The notes under the pieces are model-generated. The model was not told where the DNA came from and ran no database searches. It saw only the letters and a list, made by a program, of their open reading frames with translations. Position numbers and translations under genes: made by a program. Shown here one piece after another: positions 63,855 through 64,000 of a stretch of 64,000 nt of DNA; the first letter of the stretch is position 1; each line of letters begins with the position of its first letter. This stretch comes from the human T2T-CHM13v2.0 reference genome, Homo sapiens, in NCBI RefSeq assembly GCF_009914755.1, contig NC_060925.1, one strand, 5' to 3'.

Positions 63855-63902
63855 TGTGTGTGTGCATGTGTGGATGGGTGCATGCGTGCATGTGTGTGTG
63901 TA
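63855..63902. repeat. Degenerate (TG)n/(TGCA)n microsatellite
   Basis: Read directly. Confidence 0.85.
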
Positions 63903-64000
63903 TTTTGTATTTCTTCCTTTGCCAACTTAGCTCTATTGATGCAGCCCATTTCCGTTAATTTTCTATTGTAATTTGTTGTGGCTCAGTACACCAGATAAAC

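Overview
Primate (very likely human) genomic DNA, about one third Alu (roughly 75 copies or fragments by eye), with no prokaryote-style features. The only protein-coding sequence I can support is coding exon 1 of CLIC4 (+ strand, ATG at 32363, [24 protein letters not shown], donor AAG|GTGAGC after 32434). It lies in a CpG-island promoter at about 31650-32950. Bases 1-31.6 kb are upstream intergenic DNA; 32435-64000 is intron 1, and exon 2 is not in the window. Nearly all supplied ORFs are Alu, low-complexity or GC-rich artefacts. I found no convincing new gene system. The most notable structures are: (1) a ~790 bp insert that looks like an L1-retroposed, probably spliced ERV1 (MER4-group) RNA, with R-U5-PBS-internal-U3-R-poly(A) and a 14 bp TSD, inside a MER44; (2) a complete solo LTR12/ERV9 LTR splitting an Alu, co-oriented with CLIC4; (3) a ~400 bp G/A tract replacing an Alu tail; (4) candidate recursive-splice or poison micro-exon sites in CLIC4 intron 1; (5) several fold-back or template-switch inverted repeats. 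Repeat family names are from recalled consensus sequences and need Dfam/RepeatMasker confirmation. Repeat boundaries are approximate unless TSDs are quoted.
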